A stretch of 64,000 nucleotides of DNA from Rhodothermia bacterium (GTDB lineage: Bacteria > Bacteroidota > Rhodothermia > Rhodothermales > UBA2364). Positions 41,650 to 51,097 of the stretch are shown piece by piece (position 1 is the stretch's first letter; each line of letters starts with the position of its first letter). The position numbers were made by a program, and so were the translations under genes. Below the pieces are notes generated by a model, which was not told where the DNA came from, ran no database searches, and saw nothing but the letters and a program-made list of their open reading frames with translations. Location: positions 128,511 to 192,510 of the forward strand of contig JAFLBZ010000005.1 in assembly GCA_017303715.1 (NCBI GenBank), in the 5' to 3' direction.

Positions 41650-43293
41650 TTAGGCTTCATAGACTGCTTGCCACAACCCATATCCACCGTTTAGACTGAA
41701 TGATTTTATGCCGTGATGTTGCAAAATCCGGTGTGCTAAATAACCGCGTAATCCCACCTGACAAACCAAAGCATACGTTTTGTTGGTATCGAAGCGATGG
41801 AGGTTTGCCCGCAAAGTGTCAACTTCGATATTAATAGCGTTTGGTATGTGGCCTTGTTCAAACTCTTTTGGGGTTCTGACATCCACCAGGACCACATCTT
41901 CCCGCTCCAGCCAGCCTGACAAGTCGTCAAAATTGACAGTTTGGAGTGTTCCTTCGAGCAAGTTTTGTGCTGCATATCCGGCAATGTTAACCGGGTCTTT
42001 GGCAGAATTATACGGCGGAGCATATGCCAACTCGATATCCGATAGGTCATAAATGGTTAATCCTCCACGAATGGCCGTCGCAATGACATCAATTCGTTTA
42101 TCCACCCCTTCCTTACCAAACGCCTGCGCGCCGAAGATTGTCCCGTCCTCCGAAAAATTGAGTTTTAAGACAATATTTGATGCATCAGGATAATAACCGG
42201 CATGGCTCCCACGGGTAACGGTGATGGTTTTATAGGGAATATTCCACCGTTTTAGGCTTTTTTCATTTAATCCTGTTGCGGCAATGGTGTAATCAAAAAA
42301 CTTGAGGATGGAAGTTCCCAAGGCACCTTGGTAAGCGGTTTGGTGATTGGTCAGCATATTGTCTGCCACAATCCGTCCTTGCCGATTCGCAGGCCATGCC
42401 AAGGGGATCAAAACCTGTTGATGTGCAATACGGTGCGTCACCTCGATGGCGTCTCCAACAGCGTAAATGTTCGGATCGGAAGTCTGGAGGTATTCATTAA
42501 CGGCAATCCCGCCGGTTTGGCCTATCGTTAAGCCAGCATCGCGGGCCAAGATATTTTCGGGACGAACACCAATGGCAAAAATGACGGCTTCCGTTTCGAT
42601 CGAAGAGCCTATATTTAAAGATACCTTTAGGCCGTTCCTTGTTTCTTCAAAAGCGGTAACACCAGTATTAAGACGGATATCAACACCTTTGCGCTTGGCT
42701 TCTTTTTCGGCCATACGAGCAAATTCAACATCTATAGGAGCCATCACTTGGTTGCTCAATTCCACCAAAACTACTTTTTTGCCAATTTCGATTAGGTTTT
42801 CCGCCACCTCCAAGCCAATAAAGCCGCCGCCAACAACCAAAATGTGCGTTTTGTCACGGATTGTTTCGATGATGTTGTCCATGTCGTGGACGTTGCGCAG
42901 GGTTTTTACTTTTGAAGAAAAAATGCCGAGAATAGGCGGACGGAAAGGCTCTGCACCCGGAGAAAGTAAAAGTTTGTCATACGTTTCCGAATAAATTTCT
43001 TGTGTGTTTAGGTTTTTGACCGTCACCCTGCGATTTTCGGGGTCCATGTGCAGGACTTCTTGACGAATACGTACATCTAAACCATACCTTTCTTTTAGGC
43101 TTCTGGGTGTTTGGAGCAGGAGTTTTTCGCGGTCTTCTATGATACCACCAATATGGTAGGGCAATCCACAATTTGCAAAACTAACGTGTTCTCCCCGCTC
43201 AAAAAGAATGATCTCATGGTGTTCTCCGAGTCGGCGCATCCGAGCGGCGGCAGTTGCGCCTCCGGCAACGCCACCTACAATCAAAATTTTCAT
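41650..43293 (-). CDS. cdr: CoA-disulfide reductase / NADH oxidase family flavoprotein fused to a C-terminal rhodanese domain
   Basis: The internal ATG (end coordinate 43293) gives MKILIVGGVAGGATAAARMRR. The redox Cys lies in SFANCGLPYHIGG. The rhodanese part shows VLVDVRTPKEFEQGHIPNAINI and the active-site loop VCQVGLRG. Confidence 0.82.
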   Translation of the reverse strand: MKILIVGGVAGGATAAARMRRLGEHHEIILFERGEHVSFANCGLPYHIGGIIEDREKLLLQTPRSLKERYGLDVRIRQEVLHMDPENRRVTVKNLNTQEIYSETYDKLLLSPGAEPFRPPILGIFSSKVKTLRNVHDMDNIIETIRDKTHILVVGGGFIGLEVAENLIEIGKKVVLVELSNQVMAPIDVEFARMAEKEAKRKGVDIRLNTGVTAFEETRNGLKVSLNIGSSIETEAVIFAIGVRPENILARDAGLTIGQTGGIAVNEYLQTSDPNIYAVGDAIEVTHRIAHQQVLIPLAWPANRQGRIVADNMLTNHQTAYQGALGTSILKFFDYTIAATGLNEKSLKRWNIPYKTITVTRGSHAGYYPDASNIVLKLNFSEDGTIFGAQAFGKEGVDKRIDVIATAIRGGLTIYDLSDIELAYAPPYNSAKDPVNIAGYAAQNLLEGTLQTVNFDDLSGWLEREDVVLVDVRTPKEFEQGHIPNAINIEVDTLRANLHRFDTNKTYALVCQVGLRGYLAHRILQHHGIKSFSLNGGYGLWQAVYEA

Positions 43294-43412
43294 GTTTGTA
43301 CTTTTTTTGTTATCAATAAGCGTAAAATACCAACTTGTAATAACAAGAGAATACAAGGCATTTATTTTGATTTTGTTTTCACGCCAACCGCATCGGCTCT
43401 TCAAAGTTTGCG

Positions 43413-44903
43413 TTAAACAACTTCTTCAAAGTCTTTTAAGATCACCTTTTCAGTGGTTTCAGCTGTAAGCAAGACGCCCGGAACACCAGCACCCGGATGG
43501 GTACTGGCTCCTACAAAGTATAAACCAGCAACATCCTCACTACGGTTATGTGGTCGGAAGACTGCTGTTTGGGTCAGTTTTGGCTCAACGCCCCACGCAG
43601 AACCATAAGTGCTGTTCCGGAATTTCTGAAAATCATTCGGGGTAAAGAGTTCCAAGACCTCTAAATTGGCTTTCAAGTCTTTCATCCCAAATTCATGCTC
43701 AAGGAAATGGAGAATTTTTTCAGCGAAAGGTTGCTTTTGGGCTTCCCAATCCAATCCCGAGAGGTTATTCGCAACTGGAACGAGGACATACAAACTTTCA
43801 CAACCTTCCGGAGCCATCTCTGGATCCGTTCGCGTTGGTGCGTGGAGGTACATCGAGAAGTCATCAGGCAAGATTTTCTTATCAAAAATGTCCTCAATCA
43901 AGGGTTTATACCGCTCGGAAAGAATCAAGGTATGGTGTAAAAGTTGCGGATATTGCTTTTTTGTACCCATATACATCAGGAAGCAGGCCATAGCCACATC
44001 TGTTTTTTCAATTTTATTGGCGTGCCATTTTTTTCGCCACTGGGGTTCGATGAGGTCTCGATAGGTGTGTAAAATATCCGCATTCGAGACCACCAAATCT
44101 GCTTCAAGGGTTTCATGTGCCGTTTTTACCCCGGTCACGTGTCCACTTTCCACCATAATTTGTCGGACTTCTGCGTTTGTCCGAATTTTGCCGCCTAATT
44201 TTAAGAACAATTTTTCAAACGCCTGAACGACGCTGTACATGCCTCCTTTTGTAAACCAGACGCCACCCTCTTTTTCAAGGAAAGGGATCATTTGATAAAC
44301 CGCTGGGGCACGGAATGGATTTCCACCAATAAATAGGGGATGAAACGAAAACATGAAGCGGTGTCGGAAGTCCTTGAAATATCTTTTTGCCATGCCATAA
44401 GAGGTAAGAAAAGCGCCCAATTTGATAGCTTTTGGTGTAAATTCCAACATAGACTTGGCGGTCATAAAAGGAGAAGAGCCCAAACCTTCTAAGATCACCG
44501 CCTCGTATAGGGCTTTACTTTTTTTCATAAATCGGTCATAGCCGACTTCTGCATCTTTTTGGTTATATCGCGCCATTTGCGCCTTCATGTTAGCGGCATC
44601 GCCGTTATAGTCCAAGTACGAACCGTCATGGAAGTACACCCGATAAAAGGGGTCAAGGGGAATTAGGTCTAAATAATCCTCCATTTTTTCGCCAGCAGCA
44701 CGGAATACCGCACGGATGATTTCTGGGGCAGTGATGAGCGAAGGCCCCATATCGAAGACGTAACCGTCTTTCTGAAGTTGGTAAGCATGACCACCTACTT
44801 TGGTGTTTTTTTCTACAATAACGGTTTCAAAACCTCTTGCTTGCAACCTTATTGCTACGCTTAGGCCGCCAAAACCGGAACCAATGACAATTGCTTTGGG
44901 CAT
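43413..44903 (-). CDS. crtI: Phytoene desaturase (CrtI) family oxidoreductase
   Basis: The FAD-binding motif is KAIVIGSGFGGLSVAIRL. The C-terminal signature is GLYFVGASTHPGAGVPGVL. Substrate specificity is not inferable from the sequence. Confidence 0.75.
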   Translation of the reverse strand: MPKAIVIGSGFGGLSVAIRLQARGFETVIVEKNTKVGGHAYQLQKDGYVFDMGPSLITAPEIIRAVFRAAGEKMEDYLDLIPLDPFYRVYFHDGSYLDYNGDAANMKAQMARYNQKDAEVGYDRFMKKSKALYEAVILEGLGSSPFMTAKSMLEFTPKAIKLGAFLTSYGMAKRYFKDFRHRFMFSFHPLFIGGNPFRAPAVYQMIPFLEKEGGVWFTKGGMYSVVQAFEKLFLKLGGKIRTNAEVRQIMVESGHVTGVKTAHETLEADLVVSNADILHTYRDLIEPQWRKKWHANKIEKTDVAMACFLMYMGTKKQYPQLLHHTLILSERYKPLIEDIFDKKILPDDFSMYLHAPTRTDPEMAPEGCESLYVLVPVANNLSGLDWEAQKQPFAEKILHFLEHEFGMKDLKANLEVLELFTPNDFQKFRNSTYGSAWGVEPKLTQTAVFRPHNRSEDVAGLYFVGASTHPGAGVPGVLLTAETTEKVILKDFEEVV

Positions 44904-44983
44904 TTTTTTGTGTGGATGGTTAAGAAAGTTTATCCTAAAAGTCTTGCCACAAAGCGATTGTTCCCTGCATGTCTGCGGCGAAC

Positions 44984-45982
44984 TTATCGGTTTTTCTTTG
45001 CCAAAACCACTGCACGAATAGGTGCTGGATACCCTTCTATCGTTTTTGCGGGATCAATGGCATCTAAAAAATCGGGTAAGGATTCAAACGTCATCCAAGC
45101 GGTTCTGCGTTGTTCTTGGGTGGATGTCGGTGTAACGTCCACCGTTCTTATCTCCTTAAATCCAGCCAAGTGTAACCACTTTTCCAGAAGGGATACGGAT
45201 GGAATTGACCAAACATTGCGCATTTTAGCATAGCGATTATATGGAAACAGGCACTTTTCATCATGATCAGACAAGACCAGTGTCTCTAATACCAATTCGC
45301 CATTTGGTTTAAGAAATCCCAAAAGTTCTTTAAGGTGTAGTATTGGATCTCGGCGATGATATAAGACGCCCATCGAAAAAACGGTATCAAACGCGGCATT
45401 GTTTTTAGGGATCATTTCCACCCCCAAAGGCAAAACCACGTTCCGAAAACGATCGGTAAGCGGTATCATTTTTGCGATCAATGCCCACTGCAAAACAAAC
45501 AAAAGAAAGGGATCTACACCAACCACTTGACGAGCGCCAGCCTTTAACATCTGCCAGCCATAAAAACCGTTCCCACTCCCTATGTCCAACACCATTCGGT
45601 CTTGGAGCGATGAAAGATGTGGTGCAAGACGTGCCCATTTCCAATCGGAACGCCACTCGGTGTCTATGAACAGTTCAAAAAGTTGGAATGGCCCTTTACG
45701 CCATGGGTGAAACTGCCTTAAGGATTCTTCAAAGCGTTGTAATTCTGCCTCCTCTAAGGGTTCATTTTTTGTCAAAGAGATTGGCCCATCTGCCCGCCAA
45801 TGAGTCGCTTCATGCGAAACAGCCTCGAATGCCGCCAACCATTTTGGCAAATCTCCGTGTCGGAAAACCGTTTCAAAAGCGGGTTCCGTCCAAAATGCCC
45901 AATCTTGGAGCGGTGTGCTTTTTAGTTGTTCGTGAAGATAAGCATAGGCTTGCTTCAAAAAAGTAGTTGGGATTTCGGTCAT
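44984..45982 (-). CDS. cmoB: tRNA U34 carboxymethyltransferase
   Basis: HPWRKGPFQLFELFIDTEWRSDWKW and VLDIGSGNGFYGWQM are present. The gene overlaps the cmoA stop by 4 nt. Confidence 0.85.
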   Translation of the reverse strand: MTEIPTTFLKQAYAYLHEQLKSTPLQDWAFWTEPAFETVFRHGDLPKWLAAFEAVSHEATHWRADGPISLTKNEPLEEAELQRFEESLRQFHPWRKGPFQLFELFIDTEWRSDWKWARLAPHLSSLQDRMVLDIGSGNGFYGWQMLKAGARQVVGVDPFLLFVLQWALIAKMIPLTDRFRNVVLPLGVEMIPKNNAAFDTVFSMGVLYHRRDPILHLKELLGFLKPNGELVLETLVLSDHDEKCLFPYNRYAKMRNVWSIPSVSLLEKWLHLAGFKEIRTVDVTPTSTQEQRRTAWMTFESLPDFLDAIDPAKTIEGYPAPIRAVVLAKKNR

Positions 45983-46704
45983 TTCAAGGCCATAATTGAG
46001 AAGAAATTAAGGCTTTGGAACCAAACCTCGCAGCTTTTAAAGCCCGCTTCTCTCAAGCGATCGCGGTGTGTTTCGATGGATTCTGGGATCAAAACATGTT
46101 CGATAGCTGCCCGTTTTTGTGCAATTTCCAAATCTGAGTAACCATTTACCCGTTTAAAATAATGGTGCAGTGTGGTGAAGCGGTTTTGTTTCTCCACATC
46201 GGTAAACAGTGTTTTTTCAGAGATGAGCAAGATACCACCCTCAACCATACCCGTATAAATTTTGCGAAGTAGTGCCAAACGGTCTTCTATGGGTACAAAC
46301 TGAAGTGTGAAATTCATGGTGACGACCGAAGCCCGTTTTATCTCAACCTCTCGAATGTCCGCACATACGAATTGCACCAAAACGGTTTGGTCCTCATTTG
46401 TAAACAATTTCTGGCAGGCATCCACCATTGCAGGTGCATTATCAACACCAATTAAAGTGCAACCTTTCGCTTTAACGTGGGTGCGAATGGCATGACAGGT
46501 AGCCCCTAAAGAAGCACCCAAGTCATAAAGTTGTGTGTACGATTTAGCATAATAACCCGCCAAAACGCCACTCATCGCAATTACATGGGCATAACCGGGC
46601 ACAGACCGCTGGATCATGTCGGGAAAAACTTCCACCACTTGATCATCAAATACAAATTCGGCTACCGGATCCAAGGGACGGCGATAAAGATCATCCTGCT
46701 TCAT
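45979..46704 (-). CDS. cmoA: Carboxy-S-adenosyl-L-methionine synthase
   Basis: FVFDDQVVEVFPDMIQRSVPGYAHVI and LYDLGASLGA are present. The length is 241 aa and cmoB is adjacent. Confidence 0.85.
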   Translation of the reverse strand: MKQDDLYRRPLDPVAEFVFDDQVVEVFPDMIQRSVPGYAHVIAMSGVLAGYYAKSYTQLYDLGASLGATCHAIRTHVKAKGCTLIGVDNAPAMVDACQKLFTNEDQTVLVQFVCADIREVEIKRASVVTMNFTLQFVPIEDRLALLRKIYTGMVEGGILLISEKTLFTDVEKQNRFTTLHHYFKRVNGYSDLEIAQKRAAIEHVLIPESIETHRDRLREAGFKSCEVWFQSLNFFSIMALK

Positions 46705-46709
46705 GGGTT

Positions 46710-48017
46710 TTATGCTCCTTCATCTGGCTCGGCCCATTCATCATATGCTTCTCGACGAATAACAGCGCCCAAGGCCGAAAGTTTTCCTTCAATATCTTCG
46801 TAGCCGCGATCGAGGTGGTAAATCCTATGAACATGTGTTTCACCCTCGGCCACCAAGCCGCCCATGACCAAGGAAACACTGGCGCGAAGATCGGTACTCA
46901 TTACATGTGTGCCTTGGAGGGTGGTATTTCCCTGAATGACCACCTCGTTACCCACGACAATGGCATTTGCACCCATCCGCATCAATTCAGGAATATGTTT
47001 AAAACGATCGGTATATACCGTATCGCGTAACTTGGAGTTGCCCTGAGCTTGCGTCATCATCACCGTCCACTGCGCTTGCAAATCGGTTGGGAACCCCGGA
47101 TAAATTCCGGTGTCAACATTCACGGACTGAATAACTTCTGGCGTTACAACCTCTATAAAATTTTTGCCCCAACTAAAAGACGTTCCCGTTTTGGCAAAGG
47201 CACTTAGAAAGGCATCGCCCAAATGGAGTGGTTCTGCATCTACGATTCGAAGGGTTTCACCCGCTGAGCCAGCCATTGCCGCCGTCATCATGAACGTCCC
47301 AAGTTCAATACGGTCTGGGCAATTCCGAAAATCTGCTGCATGAAGTGCCGAAACCCCTTCGATTTCGAGGGTATGACTGCCAATGCCTTCAATTTGCGCC
47401 CCCATTGCCTTTAGCATTTCACAAAAAACAACGACATCTGGCTCGCAAGCTGCGTTTTCAAGTCGTGAATACCCTCTTGCCGTAACTGCCCCCAAGAGCA
47501 AATTCACGGTAGCGCCCACACTGGATGGCTCAAACCGAAAAACGCCGCCCCGCAAGCGGCCACCGGGAGCTGAGGCCACTACATAACCATGCTCAAACTT
47601 GATCTCGGCTCCCAAGGCTTCCAACCCCTTGAGATGTAAGTCCACCGGACGTGGTCCCCATGCACAACCACCGGGTAAAGAGACCCTTGCCGTCCCTCCT
47701 TTTCCCAAAAGTGCGCCCAGCATATAAAAGGAAGCCCGCATTTTTTTGACCAATTCATACGGTGCTTCAAAACGATTGAGCGTAGAGGGATCAATGTGCA
47801 ACGTGTGGCTTTCTGCATCATAATTTATCTGTGTACCCGTAAAACCGATGACTTTGGAAAACGTGTAAATGTCTCGCAGCGCCGGAATATTGGTTAATTC
47901 TAGCGGGCCATCGGCCAATAAGGCAGCAGACATCAGGGTTAATGCGGTATTTTTACTGCCAGAAACCGGAATTTCGCCACGTAATTGGTGGCCTCCTTCT
48001 ATAATTAACTTTTCCAT
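46710..48017 (-). CDS. murA: UDP-N-acetylglucosamine 1-carboxyvinyltransferase
   Basis: MEKLIIEGGHQLRGEIPVSGSKNTALTLMSAALLA and LPGGCAWGPRPVDLH (active-site Cys) are present. Confidence 0.92.
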   Translation of the reverse strand: MEKLIIEGGHQLRGEIPVSGSKNTALTLMSAALLADGPLELTNIPALRDIYTFSKVIGFTGTQINYDAESHTLHIDPSTLNRFEAPYELVKKMRASFYMLGALLGKGGTARVSLPGGCAWGPRPVDLHLKGLEALGAEIKFEHGYVVASAPGGRLRGGVFRFEPSSVGATVNLLLGAVTARGYSRLENAACEPDVVVFCEMLKAMGAQIEGIGSHTLEIEGVSALHAADFRNCPDRIELGTFMMTAAMAGSAGETLRIVDAEPLHLGDAFLSAFAKTGTSFSWGKNFIEVVTPEVIQSVNVDTGIYPGFPTDLQAQWTVMMTQAQGNSKLRDTVYTDRFKHIPELMRMGANAIVVGNEVVIQGNTTLQGTHVMSTDLRASVSLVMGGLVAEGETHVHRIYHLDRGYEDIEGKLSALGAVIRREAYDEWAEPDEGA

Positions 48018-48204
48018 TAAAGATTATTTTTAAAGTTTAGCCAATTAAGATAGTATAAATCAACTAATTAAACGAAGCAGGGAATCTAAATTCTCTCCAA
48101 GATTTAACTTGAACGTAGTCTTTCCTCTCGATAACCAAAAGTCTGTAACCATTCTTACTGCTCATGCGTCCAGATCATAAAGTTCACCTTTCCACCCAAA
48201 TGAC

Positions 48205-48762
48205 GTGAGCGAATTAAACGAGAACGAACTGATGCTGGCCATAAGGGAGGGCGAACTGCACCACCTAAGTACTTTGTTCGAGCTTTATCAAATTCCGTTG
48301 TTCAATTTTTTCCTTCGCCTGACGAATGATCGGGTGATGAGCGAGGATTTTGTCCAAGATGTCTTTATACGTGTCCTAAAATACCGCCATACCTACCGAG
48401 GAGAGGGCACGTTTAAGGGCTGGATTTTCAATTTAGCAAGAAACATTTGTATGGATCATTTTCGGAAAACAAAGCGTGAAATCAATGGTATAGAAGAGCA
48501 AACTTTGGCCCAAATCCCAGACGAAAACTGGGAAGGCCATTTGGAAAGTGACCAAGCGGCTCATTATGTCCAACTTGCGCTCTCACGCCTTACCCCGGAT
48601 TACCGCGAGGTTCTGATCCTAAGCCGATATCATGATATGAAATATGAGGAGATTGCCACGATGCTTAACTGCTCGGTGGCAGCGGTCAAGGTGCGGGTAC
48701 ACCGTGCCATGAAAGCCCTCCGAACCCACTACTTCACCCTTACCCGTGAACAGGGAACTTAA
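48205..48762 (+). CDS. ECF (sigma-70 family) RNA polymerase sigma factor
   Basis: Region 2 reads EDFVQDVFIRVLKYRHTYRGEGTFKGWIFNLARN. Region 4 reads YREVLILSRYHDMKYEEIATMLNCSVAAVKVRVHRA. The start codon is GTG. Confidence 0.85.
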   Translation: MSELNENELMLAIREGELHHLSTLFELYQIPLFNFFLRLTNDRVMSEDFVQDVFIRVLKYRHTYRGEGTFKGWIFNLARNICMDHFRKTKREINGIEEQTLAQIPDENWEGHLESDQAAHYVQLALSRLTPDYREVLILSRYHDMKYEEIATMLNCSVAAVKVRVHRAMKALRTHYFTLTREQGT

Positions 48763-48772
48763 ATAGAACATC

Positions 48773-49594
48773 ATGAGCACCATTCCTGAACACGATTGGC
48801 CAGACTTCTGGCTTGCCAATGAGCAAACACCTGATATGCTCGACCCTGTTGCGGAAAAAAGCATTCAGGAATACCGTTATCTTTGGTCGGTTATGGCCAC
48901 TATACCTAACGAAAAACCGTCCATACGATCTTCCGAGCGGTTTTATCGTTTTCTCAATGATGCTTTAGCCTCCGAAATGCAGCCACAAAAACGGCGCAAT
49001 CCTGCAAAGCCTTCGTGGAAGCAGCAAATCATACCTCAATGGCAAACGAGTGTCAGGCTACGCATCGTCTGGCAATTGGGTTTTGGGACGGTTTGTATAT
49101 GTGCGGGATTGTTCATCGGGCGCCTCTTTTATTCTCCCTCGCAACTGGATATGGCAGAATTTGCACAACTTAGACGCGATGTTTATGCTTTGCAAGACCA
49201 AGTAGCGCTCAATATGCTGCAACAAGTCTCTGCTTCGGATCGCCTTGCGGGAATAGACCGCATTCGGGCTATCAATGCTCCGGCTCCAGCGGCAACCGCC
49301 ACGCTCTTGAGGTTGCTGAACAATGATCCCAATGTGAATGTAAGGCTTTCTGCGGCGGATGCGTTGATGTATTATGTTCAAAATAATCCCACTTTAATCA
49401 AGCAAGTAGAGGAAAGTTTTGCTAAACAAAGTTCTCCCATCGTCCAAAGCGTTTTGATTGAGATGCTCCTGCAGTCCAAGGAAAAATCGTCTGTCAGAAT
49501 GTTAGAAGAGGTACGGGATCAAACGGTAGAACCAGCCATTAAATCACAAATTATGCAGCGATTAAGCACCATCCAAAACACGCAACAACCTTAA
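48773..49594 (+). CDS. Probable anti-sigma factor: single TM helix and periplasmic HEAT-repeat-like domain
   Basis: It lies immediately downstream of the ECF sigma gene. The TM segment is WQLGFGTVCICAGLFIG. The C-terminus LLRLLNNDPNVNVRLSAADAL is HEAT-like. Confidence 0.6.
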   Translation: MSTIPEHDWPDFWLANEQTPDMLDPVAEKSIQEYRYLWSVMATIPNEKPSIRSSERFYRFLNDALASEMQPQKRRNPAKPSWKQQIIPQWQTSVRLRIVWQLGFGTVCICAGLFIGRLFYSPSQLDMAEFAQLRRDVYALQDQVALNMLQQVSASDRLAGIDRIRAINAPAPAATATLLRLLNNDPNVNVRLSAADALMYYVQNNPTLIKQVEESFAKQSSPIVQSVLIEMLLQSKEKSSVRMLEEVRDQTVEPAIKSQIMQRLSTIQNTQQP

Positions 49595-49621
49595 CGAATG
49601 ACTTGCCTTAACCACCATTTT

Positions 49622-50404
49622 ATGCAAAAGATTGGGAAAAGAAGTGCGCAGATGCTGTCTTTGGGCGCAGCGCTTTTGTTGTTCGCGTTTAATGCCTTTG
49701 GCCAAAGTTTTAAGCGTGAAATCACCTTCAGTAATCCCAATAAAGCCGGAACGGTTCGCATGGAACTCTGGTATGGGGATGTGACAATTACCGGAACCCA
49801 AGACAAAAAGGTCATCGTGGTCTATAAAGTGGAAGAAAAACCTCTTGCCTCTGCCGGTGATGGGGTTTCTCAGACGGCAAGAAGCACCGATCTTGAGTTT
49901 TCGGAAGCCGCCAATGTTCTGCGAATCGTGCGCCCATTTCAACGGCGAGACTTTAACGACCCGATGTCGGTTAATGTGCGGATGCCGTCAAATACCAAAT
50001 TGGTGCTTACGTCACTCGGTGGGCCAATCACCATTCGCAAGATCCAAGGCGAGGTGGAAGTCACCAATAAAAATGGTAAGGTTTTACTTTTTGATATGGC
50101 AAACTCGGCCTTGGTAAACACACAAAATGGCGACATTATTGCAACCTTTAACCGCGTTCTGGCCAGTAAAAGCATCAGTTTGGTTTCGATGAATGGAGAT
50201 GTGGAGCTAACCATGCCCTCCACGCTTCAGGCTACGGTAAACCTTCAAACCTACAAAGGGGAGATCAATTCCGATTTCAAAATTAACCGCAATAACCACC
50301 CTACCGGATGGGGGCAACGGGTCATTAAAGGAACCATTGGAACGGGCGCCACGCCCGTAAAACTTTCGTCCATCAATGGTGACATCTGGCTACGTCGGAA
50401 ATAA
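49622..50404 (+). CDS. DUF4097-type beta-strand repeat protein (putative adhesin fold), secreted
   Basis: The signal peptide is MQKIGKRSAQMLSLGAALLLFAFNAFGQ. The repeated motifs are GDVTITG, GPITIRK, NGDIIATF, NGDVELTMP and NGDIWLRR. It is the third gene of the ECF operon. Confidence 0.65.
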   Translation: MQKIGKRSAQMLSLGAALLLFAFNAFGQSFKREITFSNPNKAGTVRMELWYGDVTITGTQDKKVIVVYKVEEKPLASAGDGVSQTARSTDLEFSEAANVLRIVRPFQRRDFNDPMSVNVRMPSNTKLVLTSLGGPITIRKIQGEVEVTNKNGKVLLFDMANSALVNTQNGDIIATFNRVLASKSISLVSMNGDVELTMPSTLQATVNLQTYKGEINSDFKINRNNHPTGWGQRVIKGTIGTGATPVKLSSINGDIWLRRK

Positions 50405-50541
50405 AACCTGAAAGGCTTAAAATATTTGTGCATGACATTTTTCCAAATCACTTGTAAAACCCTAAAAAAAAGCTTATTTTTGAAAGCTATATATATCAAT
50501 GATTTTTCATTATGCGTTATTTACGCACAAAACCCAAAATC

Positions 50542-50895
50542 ATGTACACCTTATTGATTGTTTTTATTGCACTTACAGCCTTGTTCATTATTGCGGTTGT
50601 TCTTTTGCAAAGTGGTAAGGGAGATGGCCTTGCCGGTGTAGCAGCCGCTGGTTATACAACCCAGTTGCTTGGCTCGCGTCAAGCACCCGATGTTTTGGAG
50701 AAAGCCACTTGGGTAGGTGCTGGCGTTTTTATCTTGTGTTGTATTCTTGCGCCCCTCGCCGTTAACAAAACCGATACGCAACGGGTGCTTCAAGCGCCAA
50801 CGACCACAACGGCTCCGGCTTCGCGCCCGACAACGCCTCCAGCATCAACCCCGACTCCCCCTCCGGCCTCCACACCAAAACCGGCCGGGAATTAA
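50542..50895 (+). CDS. secG: Preprotein translocase subunit SecG with a Pro/Thr-rich tail
   Basis: The ATG at 50542 gives MYTLLIVFIALTALFIIAVVLLQSGKGDGLAG, and a second TM helix follows. Confidence 0.8.
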   Translation: MYTLLIVFIALTALFIIAVVLLQSGKGDGLAGVAAAGYTTQLLGSRQAPDVLEKATWVGAGVFILCCILAPLAVNKTDTQRVLQAPTTTTAPASRPTTPPASTPTPPPASTPKPAGN

Positions 50896-50931
50896 GGTGA
50901 GGAATTGAGGTATTGTGAAGGATCACGTTTT

Positions 50932-50959
50932 AGCCACTTCGTTTGAGGTGGCTTTTTTT
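50932..50959 (+). terminator. Rho-independent terminator after secG
   Basis: agccac-ttcgtttgag-gtggct is followed by ttttttt. Confidence 0.7.
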
Positions 50960-51097
50960 ATGCGGAAACAGATGTGCGGATATTTTTCCATGTTTGAATA
51001 TCCACCTCTATAACAAGCATAAAAAATCCCATCAAGTCCTTTTGGTATTCGATGGGATTTTTCATTGCCTTTAGCCTAACAAATTGTTAAAAAACAA

